Assembly (NCBI RefSeq): GCF_009914755.1
Contig: NC_060926.1
Length of the DNA stretch: 64,000 nucleotides
Source of the DNA: the human T2T-CHM13v2.0 reference genome, Homo sapiens
Direction: 5' to 3' (one strand)
Shown here: positions 29,116-45,565 of the stretch, piece after piece
Position numbering within the stretch: position 1 is the first letter of the stretch
Layout of the letters: each line of letters begins with the position of its first letter
Translations under genes and position numbers: made by a program
The notes under the pieces: model-generated
Seen by the model: the letters and a program-made list of their open reading frames with translations, nothing else
Databases searched by the model: none
Told to the model about the DNA's origin: nothing

Positions 29116-30589
29116 TTAAAAGCTGAGAGGTTGAATTGAGTCTTTCAAAGGGTTTATATATCTAAGATTTAGCAGTTTGGCTTCCAATGCTTTTCCAACC
29201 AACATGCATACAGGGGAAAGTTCAGGTGCTATGACAAAGTTGCTTGGAAGGATATTTTTGGCAGACACAGGGCATCCTTCCAATCATACCACACAGGCAG
29301 CTGCCAAATCCCTTGTTTTAATCACATTTATTTCTGCCTTCTTCTTCCCTTTCTGTGTTCTCCAACCCCATGAGGCAGGGGCTCTGCTTACACTCCACAC
29401 TCCCGAGGGAGAGCAAGAACAGGTGGTTCCCAGAGATGCACAGCTGCTGAGCCCTGGTAGTCTTGCATGCAATTTTTCTGGGTTCAAGCATGAGCGGAGT
29501 TGTGCTTGTTTGTATGTCTTCACATATACCTTCTTTTGTCTGGTCTCCTGATTGGAATTGAAGGGAGATTAACAGAGATGTTAGAGGCAGTGGATTAATC
29601 TGCAGTAGACCTGACTTCTTGCCGGAGCACTTTATTCTCTCTCCAGCTAGACTGTGAATTTCTAAAGGGCCATGTGTCTCCATTCATTTCTTAAAATTGC
29701 GTCCTCAAAACCCTATTCTTTTCTCATTTTTCATGAAAACAAGTAGGACAGGTTTCTAAAACAATAGATATCTAATAAGTCATTTCTATCTGGTTAATAA
29801 AGCTACTGATTTATCCAGATTAGTCAAATCCTGATAAATACTCTCCATAGGAATTGCTTTATTTAATCTTCGTTTTTGCTTACAAAATGGCTTTGCTCTG
29901 AGGTTTGGCAAACAATACCTGTTTGTTTGAAAGATGATTTCTTTACCTTGAGAAAGGGCTTTGCATGGTATCACTTCTCTTATTTTTGATGTTAATTTAG
30001 AGACCTAAATTTTTATCCACTCTAACCTTATGATCAAAGATGTATTTTTGTGTTTACTGGCCTTTAACACTGAATTGAAGAGTGGATATGTCAGTGATTT
30101 CCTTGGTTCTCTTGAAATGGTACAAAAGAGATCACACATGGTGGGTGCATGTTCTCTGGGATGGTGTAACAAGATTGACTGAAGTGTATGCAACAGCTGC
30201 TTTTATCTTTTCCCATCCTGGCTGCTATCATGTGACTTTTTTATTTCCCCCTCCAAAGTCTTACCAAATTTATTAGAAACTTCTTAAAATGGGTCCAAAC
30301 ATCTGCCCTTGAGCAGTAGATGACACCAGTGTTCCGCACCCCTTCCTTTTGGTGATGCCATTCAGCTAGCTCCAAGGATGCCTCTTCACAGCACTGTGAC
30401 TGGTGCTGACTCCCCTCCTCGTGCCTCTTCATTTGGGAGCTTCTGGCCTCAGACTCTGACAGGACCTCAGCTGCTTCGGGAATACGACTCCTTTCCAACA
30501 CACAAATACTTGCGCCATAATAGTACAAGGATTCCACAGGAAGGTTGTGCTCAGACCCAAAGTCTGAGGGAGATGCTGGTGCAAGCATT

Positions 30590-30745
30590 GCAATTTCAGC
30601 ATCTTTTCATAACCCATCTGTAAAATGTGGCTAGTGACGTACTTTACTTATAAGGTTGTTACAAGTTTTAAATTGCTTATCACATATAAACAGTACTTAG
30701 ATCAGCGATTGATTCGTAGGGAGCTTTCAGTGAATGTTAGGCGTT
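30590..30745 (+). mobile_element. MIR 3' half
   Basis: 'catctgtaaaatgtgg...ataaggttgtt...tcagtgaatgttag'. Confidence 0.6.
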
Positions 30746-30992
30746 AGTGCTATCATATATGCATCCACTTTCTCCTAGAGTTTTTTTTTATTATACTTCA
30801 AGTTCTAGGTAGATGTGCACAACGTGCAGGTTTGTTACATATGTATAAATGTACAATGTTGGTGTGCTGCACCCATTAACTCATCATTTACATTAGGTAT
30901 ATATCCTAATGCTATCCCTCCCCCCTCCCCCGACCCCACAACAGGCCCTGGTGTGTGATGTTCCCCTTCCTGTGTCCAAGTGTTCTCATTGT

Positions 30993-34816
<3,824 letters not shown>

Positions 34817-34879
34817 TATGACGTTAGCTGGTTATTTTGTTCATTAGTTGATGCAGTTTCTTCCTAGCAGTGATGGTCT

Positions 34880-35906
34880 TTACAATTTGGCATGTTTGTG
34901 CAGTGGCTGGTACCAGTTGTTCCTTTTCATATTTAGTGCTTCCTTCAGGAACTCTTGTAAGGCTGGCCTGGTGGTGACAAAAAATCTCTCAGCATTTGCT
35001 TGTCTGTAAAGGATTTTATATCTCCTTCACTTATGAAGCTTCGTTTGGCTGGATATGAAATTCTGGGATGAAAATTCTTTTCTTTAAGAATGTTGAATAT
35101 TGGCCCCCACTCTCTTCTGGTTTATAGAGTTTCTGCCAAGAGATCCGCTGTTAGCCTGATGGGCTTCCCTTTGTGGGTAACCCGATGTTTCTCTCTTGCT
35201 GCCCTTAACATTTTTTCCTTCATTTCAACTTTGGTGAATCTCACAATTATGTATCTTGGAGTTGCTCTTCTTGGGGAGTATCTTTGTGGTGTTCTCTGTA
35301 TTTCCTGAACTCAATGTCGGTTTGCCTTGCTAGGTCGGGGAAATTCTTCTGGGTAATATCCTGAAGAGTGTTTTCCAACTTGGTTCCATTCTCCCTGTCA
35401 CTTTCAGGTACACCAGTGAAACGTAGATTTGGTCTTTTCACATAGTCCCATATTCCTTGGAGGATTTATTCATTTTTTTTTACTCTTGTTTCTCAAAACT
35501 TCTCTTCTCGCTTCATTTCATTAATTTGATCTTCAATCACTGATACTCTTTCTTCCACTTGATTGAATCAGCTACTGACATTTGTGCATGTGTCATGTAA
35601 TTATTGTGCCATGGTTTTCAGCTCCATCAGGTCATTTAAGGTCTTCTCTATGCTGCTTATTCTAGTTAGCCATTCGTCTAATCTTTCATCAAGGTTTTTA
35701 GCTTCTTTGCGATGGGTTCAAAAATCCTCCTTTAGCTCAGAGAAGTTTGTTATTATGGATCGTCTGAAGCTTTCTTCTCTCAACTTGTCAAAGTCATTCT
35801 CCATCCAGCTTTGTTCCATTGCTGGTGAGGAGCTGCATTCCTTTGGAGGAGAAGAGGTGCTCTGATTCTTAGAATTTTCAGCTTTTCTGCTCTGGTTTCT
35901 CCCCAT
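34880..35906 (-). pseudogene. ORF1: L1 ORF1 RNA-binding protein, disrupted
   Basis: MGRNQSRKAENSKNQSTSSPPKECSSSPAMEQSW... stops after 62 aa; further fragment KRPNLRFTGVPESDRENGTKLENTLQDI. Confidence 0.93.
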
Positions 35907-36465
35907 CTTTGTGGTTTTATCTACCTTTGGTCTTTGATGATGGTGACGTACAGATGGGGCTTTGGTGTGGATGTCCTTTCTGTTTGTTAGTTTTCCTTCT
36001 AACAGTCAGGACCCTCAGCTGCAGGTCTGTTGGAGTTTGCTGGAGGTCCACTCCAGATCCTGTTTGCCTGGGTATCACCAGTGGAGGCTGCAGAACAGCA
36101 AATATTGCCGAACAGCAAATGTTGCTGCCTGATCCTTCCTCTGGAAACTTCATCTCAGAGGGGCACCAGGCTGTATGAGTTGTCATTCGGCCCCTACTTA
36201 GAGGTGTTTCCCAGTTAGGCTACATGGGGGTCAGGGACCTGCTTGAGGAAGCAGTCTGTCCGTTCTCAGATCTCAAACCCCATGCTGGGAGAACCACTAC
36301 TCTCTTCAAAGCTGTCAGACAGGGACGTTTAAGTCTGCCTTTTGTTCAGTTATGCCCTGCCCCCAGAGGTGGAGTCTACAAAGGCAGGCAGGCCTCCCTG
36401 AGCTGCAGTAGGCTCCACCAGTTTGAGCTTCCTGGCCACTTTGTTTACCTACTCAAGCCTCAGCA

Positions 36466-36864
36466 ATGGTGGATGCCCCTCCCTCGGCCTCGCTGCTGCC
36501 TTGCAGTTCGATCTCAGACTGCTGTGCTAGCAGTGAGCAAGGCTCAGTGGGTGTGGGACCCTCTGAGCCAGGCACAGGATATAATCTCCTGGTGTGCCGT
36601 TTGCTAAGACCATTGGAAAAGCACAGTATTAGGGTGGGAGTGTCCCGATTTTCCAGGTACCATCTGTCACAGCTTCTCCTGGCTAGGAAAGGGAATTCCC
36701 CGACCTCTTGCACTTCCCAGGTGAGGCAATGTCCCACCCTGCTTTGGCTTACACTCTGTGGGCTGCACCCACTGTCCGACAAGCCCCAGTGTGATGAACC
36801 CAGTACCTCAGTTGGAAATGGAGAAATCACCCATCTTCTGTGTCACTCACACTGGGAGCTGTAG
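36466..36864 (+). CDS. ORF0: L1 antisense ORF0 homolog, open for 132 codons; expression unknown
   Basis: MVDAPPSASLLPCSSISDCCASSEQGSVGVGPSEPG... aligns by eye to L1HS ORF0 MAGAPPPASLPPCSLISDCCASNQRDSVGVGPSEPG; start context gcaATGG. Confidence 0.6.
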   Translation: MVDAPPSASLLPCSSISDCCASSEQGSVGVGPSEPGTGYNLLVCRLLRPLEKHSIRVGVSRFSRYHLSQLLLARKGNSPTSCTSQVRQCPTLLWLTLCGLHPLSDKPQCDEPSTSVGNGEITHLLCHSHWEL

Positions 36865-36883
36865 ACTGGAGCTGTTCCTATTT

Positions 36884-36893
36884 GGCCATCTTG
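36884..36893 (-). promoter_or_regulatory. YY1 site of the L1 sense promoter
   Basis: CAAGATGGCC on the minus strand at the L1 5' end. Confidence 0.85.
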
Positions 36894-37284
36894 GAATCTC
36901 TCTCTCCTAGAGTTTTAAGATGAACTCATTTGCGTTATAAAGTCATCATAATAGAACTTGGATTGATAATACAAATCCTGGAGGATTTGACTAGAAGAGA
37001 TTTAGCTAGATGTCAAATCAATTGATAGAGGTCCTTTATATAGACCTCTGTTAATTTTTCGAATTGTCGGAACTGAACAAAGTGAGAATTACATCTACCT
37101 TATTTAACACATAATGCCAAAGTATGGCAGCAAATACTATAGGATAAGAATGATATTACCAAGATGATGATGTTTTTAATTTCAATGAGATAAAAATGAT
37201 ATTACCAAATTGTCAAATATTTGTGAAATCGTGAACTTCTCCTCTGCCATCCTGTGATGTGCTGTGATGAATTGTACAATATGG

Positions 37285-37470
37285 GTCATGGGAAGATATG
37301 GGTTTAGGTCATTTAATACTTTTGCCACAAGAACAAGTTACTTTATTTTTCTGAACCTACTTTTTCTTCTGAAAGTTGGAGATAATAGCAATGGCTTCAC
37401 AGACCTCACAGGAGGATGTGTAGATCAAACGAGATCACATCTGAATATGCTATGTAAACATCTAAGTTCT
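37285..37470 (+). mobile_element. MIR
   Basis: 'caagttactttatttttctgaacct...ctgaaagttggagataatag...cctcacaggaggatgtgtagatcaaacgagat'. Confidence 0.65.
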
Positions 37471-38183
37471 GCCACAAAATCATGCTTTTACCTTGTTATT
37501 AATATTTCCTCACTAGAAACATTCTATAATCTCCTTTCAAAAAATAAAATCTACAATCTTTGAATCTTCCCTGGCCTCCAAGACCTTTAATAATCTGACC
37601 TCAGCCAGACAATTTACTCATGCTATTGCTCCAACTTACTCAACTAAAAAGCACTATTAAATGCCTACTTTGACCACTTTAGTCTTTAGTCATTAATTTT
37701 CCTCCTCAGAATGTTCTTTTCTCTACTTGAATAGCATAATAATAATAATATTAATTATTAGCCATTCTACATGTTTTACATTAATGCCTCAAAACAATAA
37801 TGTATTTTTATTACTTATTCTTTGTACAATAGAGACAGCAAGACTCACAGCAACCCACGCTGGCACAGCTGGCTGTGGACACAGCTGAGTGCTAACCCAG
37901 GTACTTTGGCTGAGTTAGCAGGTCTTGGGAACACACTTACAGCCACCACCTTTCATTGCATACTTAGATTCTCCTGAGCATGACCTTGTTTGTTCTTTAT
38001 GGATGCCGTGTGTGCTGGGCATGTACCCCTTGCCTTATGGAAAGGATCTCAGAGGTCAGCCTCAACACATTTGTTTGTATCTTGGAGACTCTTCTTATGT
38101 AAGAGATAAATGTTCACTATGTTTCAAGACAGTTCTGGGTAGCTGTAATTCACAGAAAAGAGTTTTCTCCAGTAGAATCCATG

Positions 38184-38694
<511 letters not shown>

Positions 38695-38809
38695 TAAATG
38701 GCTGGAGGCTCTCATATATTTCCTTATATACTATGATCTTATATTTTGAATGCCTATATTGAACCAGATATTTCATTAAATAATGATATTACTTAATTAT
38801 TATTAAATA

Positions 38810-38905
38810 ATAACAATAAAGATAATAGCTAATGTTTACTGAATGTGTACTGTGTGCCAGGCACCTGCTGATAACTTTTCATGTATTAGCTTATTGAATC
38901 TTTAG
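38810..38905 (-). mobile_element. MIR fragment
   Basis: 'aatagctaatgtttactgaatgtgtactgtgtgccaggcac'. Confidence 0.7.
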
Positions 38906-39144
38906 CACACTCACATCTGAGGGCCTGACTACCAGGGCTCTTTTGTCACCAACATCTCTCACCTTTCAGTGGGCCTGACGATGAACATAATACCCAGCTA
39001 TGAGGAGAGATTCAGCAGAGAAAGGAGCCTGAACTCCTCTCATGCTGGACTCTCTCTGACTATCCCCACCAACTAAGCCTTCCTAAAGGGCACAGCGCAC
39101 ACATCTCCTAATAAAGCTGTGTTTGGCACTATTCTCTGGCCAAA

Positions 39145-39295
39145 GTTCTTTATGGTCAGGCACTATGTTAGGAGTGATTTTCATATAGTTTATCAGTGCT
39201 TGACTTTGACAAATAAAAAAAAAGACTCAGGAAAATGAAGGGCACAGTCCAAGGTGATATAGTAAGCAGCAGAGCTGTGGTTGGAAGCCTGACCT
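39145..39295 (-). mobile_element. MIR fragment
   Basis: 'gtcaggcactatgttagg...gactcaggaaaatgaagggcacagtccaaggtgatatagtaagcagcagagctg'. Confidence 0.55.
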
Positions 39296-40577
39296 CCAAG
39301 CCAGTCTAAGGAGCATATCTTCTGCCAGCCAGCCCTGCACTACTGAGCTGGCCAGCTTAAAAATGATGCCTCCAGTCGAAGCCTTCGGTTGTTTTCTAAC
39401 TGCTTCCTGGATGTGGACATTTCCATATCATCTCAAAGACAGGTTTCTGCTCCTTATAGATAGGTGTCGTGATAGTCTTCTCTTGTATGACCTATAATAA
39501 GCACAGTAGCAGGCATGCAACGAGGAGACCATAAATGTCTGTTGATTGGAATTAAGAATGTAGCAACCTTCCCCTGAATTCGCTTGCTTTATGTGCAGGG
39601 AAAAAGCACCGTCTCAAGCTCTAGCTCAATAATTTGTGTTCAAAAGGACAAAGTACAATTTTTTAAAGCAGTTTATTAGGATGGGTCAGTTTCTTCAGAA
39701 CATGAGTGGTCTCTTTCTCATTGCATTAATTGCTTGCTAGTATTTTAGAAGAAACAGAGAGGTGCTAATGAGGCATTAATCACCCCACTGCCCCCCCGCA
39801 CACTCTTTTAAGCAACTAATTATGACTAACAGCTATGAATCTATATCAGCTTTAAAAACTAATGAATTCAACCTTATGCAGAAAAATGATTAATGACTAT
39901 ATGGTCTGTACATAACAAGAAAAGGTCATGGTGGCTATTGAGAGTAAGATGTTGAAAATGTTGCAAATTACAGAATGGTTTCATCTTAATCTGTTATTTG
40001 AAATACAAAGGGATGTCTTCATATCTCGTTTTTAAAAGCAATCTGGAGGTTCAGCCAGCACTCTTTATTCCTAGGGCCAAGGGAAGCTTTGAAAATTGCA
40101 GCAGTTCTCTCCTTGGAACAGTCAAGGATTTCTTTCTCTCTGTAGGGTTGGTACCTCATTTGCAAGTTTTAAGAGAGCTTTGCAAGCTTGAAGGATTTGG
40201 GACTCCAGGGCAGGAATGAACCAGGAACTCACGTCTGTCCCTGTTGGTGCTGCTGTCTAGATTCTGTGCCTGTTTAATACCCTTCTCAGTGATTGACCAT
40301 GTAACTGCCCTCTGGCTACGTATTAACTATTTTTTGACTTTACAATTTCTCCTGGTTTTGGCTGCAAGCTCATCTTTAAGTTTTTACAGTGTCCTTGAAT
40401 GATAACATAGAAATAGAATACAAAAATTAATAGGAAATTATCTATTTTTAAATTGAATGAACGAGGTTTTTCTTATTTTAATTTTTGTATTTTGTAATAA
40501 ATTTCCCATCACACTGTTCTTGACAGATAATTCACACAGCTACTACCTATGCATGCCCAAGGCTCACAACACAGCTC

Positions 40578-40682
40578 TTCCACTACCATTGCCTCACTGC
40601 AATCTGTAGCAATTTGAATTCCACTGAGTCTCATCACCAAGGACTAATGCAGGATCCCCATCCCCTAAACTATGTTTAGACC
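40578..40682 (+). repeat. Copy 2 of the 105-bp dispersed direct duplication
   Basis: Matches 38184-38288. Confidence 0.93.
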
Positions 40683-41166
40683 CAGAACTCTTCTTGCAGG
40701 GCACCCCTAGGCTGAGAGGCCCACAGAAATGAAGCTGCCCAGTGGTTTCTGTTGACTTGGGAGACTACATCCCTACACTTGGATTACACACAGTTAGATG
40801 TCAGCAAAGCCATGCTTCTTGTGTCCTCATGTTATAAAGAGTTCCAACTCTTTCAGTTTTGATTTCCATCCTTGTCTCTTCCAAGGTTTTCAAAATACAA
40901 TCCCGGAGCTGGATTGGGAAGCACACAAATGAGAGCCAATCGGTAGTACGTCTCTCATCAAAGGCATGGATTTCCATCCCTGGATCTTCCAGAAGTAAAA
41001 GAATTGTGAAGGTTCCCTCCTACTGGAGTGCAGTAGGTACCCAGGAAACCATAGGCGAATTCTGTGATACCCAAGCCAATAAGATTTCATTAAGAAAATT
41101 TTCCTCCGTAACCTTGAATCTGTTAACCATAATTCCAAGATATGGTGTGTGTCACAGTTGGAACTA

Positions 41167-41242
41167 TTAGATTGGTGCAAAAGTAATTGTGGCTTTTGCC
41201 ATTGAAATAGCAAAAACCACAATTACTTTTGCACTAATCTAA
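41167..41242. mobile_element. MADE1 (Hsmar1-derived MITE)
   Basis: ttagattggtgcaaaagtaattgtgg...ccacaattacttttgcactaatctaa inverted repeat, flanked by TA on both sides. Confidence 0.93.
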
Positions 41243-41834
41243 TATCTGCTTCACTCCCTCAAAACCTGGCAGCTCCATTATATTCATATTAATGCCTTTC
41301 TTGTATTTTACTCCTTTTGCATGTTAACCTGGGAGATTTTGGTAATCATTTGCATGTATTTTCTAATTGGTCTTCATTTCAACATGTGATGGCTTGCTTT
41401 TATATAAATATTGTCTTTATAGGAGTTAAACATACTTAAATGAGACTATTTTCCTTTTTAAAAAAATTAGCATAATTACTTTTACATCATTAAGGTATCT
41501 AAATTAATTAACAAATCTGGAAACCAATAATCTTTCAAAATTGGCTCAGATATATTTAAGTGTATATAAATTCATGTGTTTCTATATAAATACAACACAC
41601 ATTTACCAAAATCGAATAGCCTTCCGTTAACCTTCAGGTTTAATACTTAGCTATCCATCGGATTGTTAAATTCTTGTGGGTGGATACTGTCTTTAACTCT
41701 TATTTTTTTTCTCACAGCATCCAGCACGGTGTTAGCACTAGGGTCTATCACATAAAAAATATGCCACATGATTCTTTTGGCTATCTATCAAGTTACTGAT
41801 TCAAAATAAAAAGAATTCTATTATTGCTTGTCCA

Positions 41835-42075
41835 GTAGTATTTAAGGGTCTGGATTAGAGTCATCCTAGGTCTGAACCTTATTTCTGCTCTATATTGACT
41901 ACATGACCCTGAGCAAGCTACAATACTTATTTTTGCCACTGTTTTCTCATCTGTAAAACTAAGATAATAACAAAATATACATCATAGGGTTGTTGTAGAA
42001 ATTACACGAGTTAATGCTTGTATAGCATTTAGTACATTGCTTGTATAAAACGAGACCTCAAAAATGTTAGCTTTG
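41835..42075 (+). mobile_element. MIR, near full length
   Basis: 'tgaccctgagcaag...tttctcatctgtaaaactaagataata...catagggttgttgtagaattacacgagttaat...caaaaatgttagct'. Confidence 0.85.
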
Positions 42076-44799
42076 GGGATATTAATTCTCAGATCATTTT
42101 ACTGATCTTTGTCAGATAATTGATTATTTTTGGACATTAGAGCTGAGCATCCCACAAAACAAAAACAGAACATGAGATATTAAACAGAGGTACGTGAAGC
42201 AAATCAAGAACCAAAAACCAGTATTATAAATTGAGCAGCATGATCAGAAAGTACATTAGCTGAATTCAGGCTTTTCTATGATATTCCTGATTTCCAATAT
42301 TCTCTTCAGTTACTCCTATGATAAATGTATTTGACAATGCTCCCTATAGTCCTATCTATAGAGTCCTTAAGACCCCACATAATGGCCAGCATCAGGACCA
42401 GTAAATTCCCTTTAAACAAACTGTAACAAGGATGCTGAACTAAATTCACAAATCTTAAAGTAGTTTAACCCCCCAGTCAACAGGTCAGCACAGGTAGACT
42501 TGGGTCAACCTGACAGAGGCCTCCTTTTTTTTCCTGACTCTATGGGATTATTAATCATTAGCCAGGAAGGGAGGCTGCAAGGTAGCAAGTCGCTGTCATT
42601 TTTTTGTCAAAAGTGGAGTGTCCACCCTGACAGGCAGACCCTGCCTGCATCCTAAGCTTCTGTTACCTACTAGAAATTACCTCACCACTTTAAAACAAAC
42701 TTTCCTGTTAACAACTGTATTGAAGAAAATGGTGAAGTATTTTAAAAATAAAACCCTGTGTATTTTTCTATCTTACACTTTACGAGGCAAGGAACGGTTC
42801 CTGTTTTTTTTTTTTTTTTTTTTCCTGTAATGTATTTTCTGCTCAAAGCCACTAATCCACAGTCCTGAAAGTCTAAAAACATCTATCCTGACATGGGAAG
42901 CCTAAAATAATCAAAATAATCAACTTCTTTTGGAGCAAAATTAGTGAAGTGCAGTCTAATGCATGTTTCATAGCTTAGTTTTATCCATCTGCTGGTATAA
43001 ACCTTTAATCCTCAATCCCACCTCTTGTTTAGGGAGTGCTTGTGGAAAGTCCCCCAAAATCGAGATTATATGGCCTAATGCTAAAAACAGTCGATGCTCT
43101 TAAAGTATTCAGCGACTTGCATCATGAAAATATTGGGTTGCACTAAGCACTGAGTAAGTGAGATTCTGGTGATGGAGGCTACATTTTACTGGGAAGTTAA
43201 GTAGGAAATTGGTTTTCTTTTTCTAGAGGCTCCACTTGCAATTGTTTTAAAAAGATTTACCTTCTGAGAACAAATGTGGCAGCTTGTAATATTTAAGTGG
43301 CTAACATTGCATCCTTTCAGATTAAAGCAAATTGTTAGGAAATGCTCATTGGCATGTTCTGTACCAAAAGGTAGATGAATGTATCTAGAGAGACTCTTAA
43401 ACTCGACACCTTCTTGCTTCTCATCAATAAGGAAAGCTAATTTCACTGTACTAACTTGAAATGTTTTTGGCACCTTTGTTAGGAATAATTCACCGTGAAA
43501 CATCTGGCAGACTCATAAAAGCTTTGCAGTTTCAAATAACTTTCTAGCCTAAATACCTCTGAATGTACCAGCATTTCTTTTGATTATTAATATAACGTTT
43601 TGTATTGTTTGGTGCCAACATGAAGGAGCAGTGACAAATGAAATTTGTTCTCAATGTCTAGTATTGCATGAGTGAGGAATGTTCTTCTCTTGAGAGCTTT
43701 ATCTCCCATTTTGGTGAACTTGGCAACATAAACATTTGCTCCTCATGATGATAGCATGTGGGTGGAATTACCGAATTCTGCACTGAGCTGTTTGAGGTTT
43801 TCTTTTTTTTAAAGGGTTTTCTTATTTGGAAGTTTGCTTCCATATATTGTTATTGTTATTATTATTGTGCAGCCATAAAAATGTGTTTGTGGTTGATTTC
43901 AGTTCAATAGAAAAGCAATAGATGCTAAATGTACCGATTTTGCATAATTTGATAAGCAAATCGATCTTCCATGAAAAATGAGCTCTGCAGTTTTGGGACT
44001 GGCATCTATCAGAAAATAATCCACATAGCTCATAAATCATGCCTGATCTGGAATTTCCAAATATTAAATATTTGCACATTACGTATTTTCCAAAAACCCT
44101 TCAAAACTTTAATGTCGTTTAAAAGAACATAAAATAAGAAAATAAAAATTGGAATATAATGTGGGGAAATTAAGTAAAATTATAAAGAAAATAAAGCATT
44201 TTGATTGTAATTATTAAATTGTACCAATATCTGAACAAAAAACTGAGTCTTTACCTTCCTTTTAGCCAAGGCAACCAGAATATATGGCAAATTATCTAAT
44301 TCTAACAATCAGTAAGGAGGAAACGGTTTTAGGGATATGCGCATTTAATTCACTGATTTATCCCTCCTCAAACAACAATTGCCTCAATTGCAAATAGCAG
44401 TGTAGAGCCCAAGGTGCTTCAGAGGAGCTAATTAAAACAAGTTGCATATGATATTTTGTTTCTAATCTCCTTTATAAATTAAGTGGTATGGGTTGTTAGT
44501 TACAATATCATCATCTAATTAAGGCACACTTATTGCATAGTCATTATAACAAATATGTAAATATAATGCCAATTACAGCTGTAATGTCAGGTCATAAATG
44601 TGGTTATGAATTTATTAGAAGTACCTAGAATAATTCATGGTGAAGTATTTCGTTCAAATTTAAAGATGGAGATTGTTATTAAGTTGACAAGAAACTCAGA
44701 CTATGCAGACTTTTTAATCCATTTAATTGCACATAGAAATTGTGCGAATTGCAATTGAGCCTGTATAACATGACTGGGAGACTTAGATTAACATCCTGG

Positions 44800-45254
44800 G
44801 TCTCATGTAAAAGATCCAGCATCAAATCAGGATTTCCATCCCTAGATACATCCTTCACCCTTCCGCATCTGCTGTGTATCCCATGAAGCTGACCTATGTG
44901 TTGGGTATGACCAGTCAGGAGCATTCAGGGATCAAAGGCAGGGAGGACAGAGTTTGGAGAACTTATTCCTTTGGATCTTTCCAGTGGCATGATGTGATCC
45001 TCTCCTTGTGGCCACAACTCCTGCTAGGCAACCCTCTCCATGTACCTCCTGGCTATTTTTCCACCTGCTCGCACCCCCTTGCTCTTTTAGGGCCTTGGGT
45101 AAGGGCTCCCTGATATTGCTAGTCCCAGGGTACTGAACTACCTTTTGTTTCATTATACCATGCCCATTTTGAAAATATTCCATTGTTAAATTCTCCTCAA
45201 ATTTTCCAGTTTCAGTTAGTCATATGTTTCATGTCTGTACCCTGATGGGTATAC
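44800..45254 (+). mobile_element. LTR33-like ERVL solo LTR
   Basis: 3' end 'ttaaattctcctcaaattttccagtttcag...tgtttc...accctgatgggtataca'; internal 'ttgctagtcccagggtactg'; left edge approximate. Confidence 0.6.
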
Positions 45255-45394
45255 ATATCACATATATTATTAATTAGACCTTTAAACTCCATATTGACAT
45301 TATTCCATTTGAGAATTTGGTTGTTGGAAAATTTAAGTTTCCTCAATCTTCATTATTTTCTAATGACAGAGATAATAAAAAGTCAAGGAAATGA

Positions 45395-45565
45395 TAAGAA
45401 TAACAACGAATATTTCATAAACACAAATCAGACGCCATGCTAAGACTTTTACACTCTACGTTTCATTTAAATTTTATCAAAATCCTTTGGAGTGTGTAGT
45501 GTTGTCATCCCGTTTTACACACAAAGAAACTGTAGCTGGCAGGTGGAAAGGTCTGGGTTGGCATC
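45395..45565 (-). mobile_element. MIR fragment
   Basis: 'catgctaagacttttacac...tcatttaa...catcccgttttacacacaaagaaactg'. Confidence 0.65.

Noticed and set aside
36175-36890. CpG island or host promoter
   Set aside because: This is the L1 5'UTR and most CpGs have decayed to TpG/CpA.
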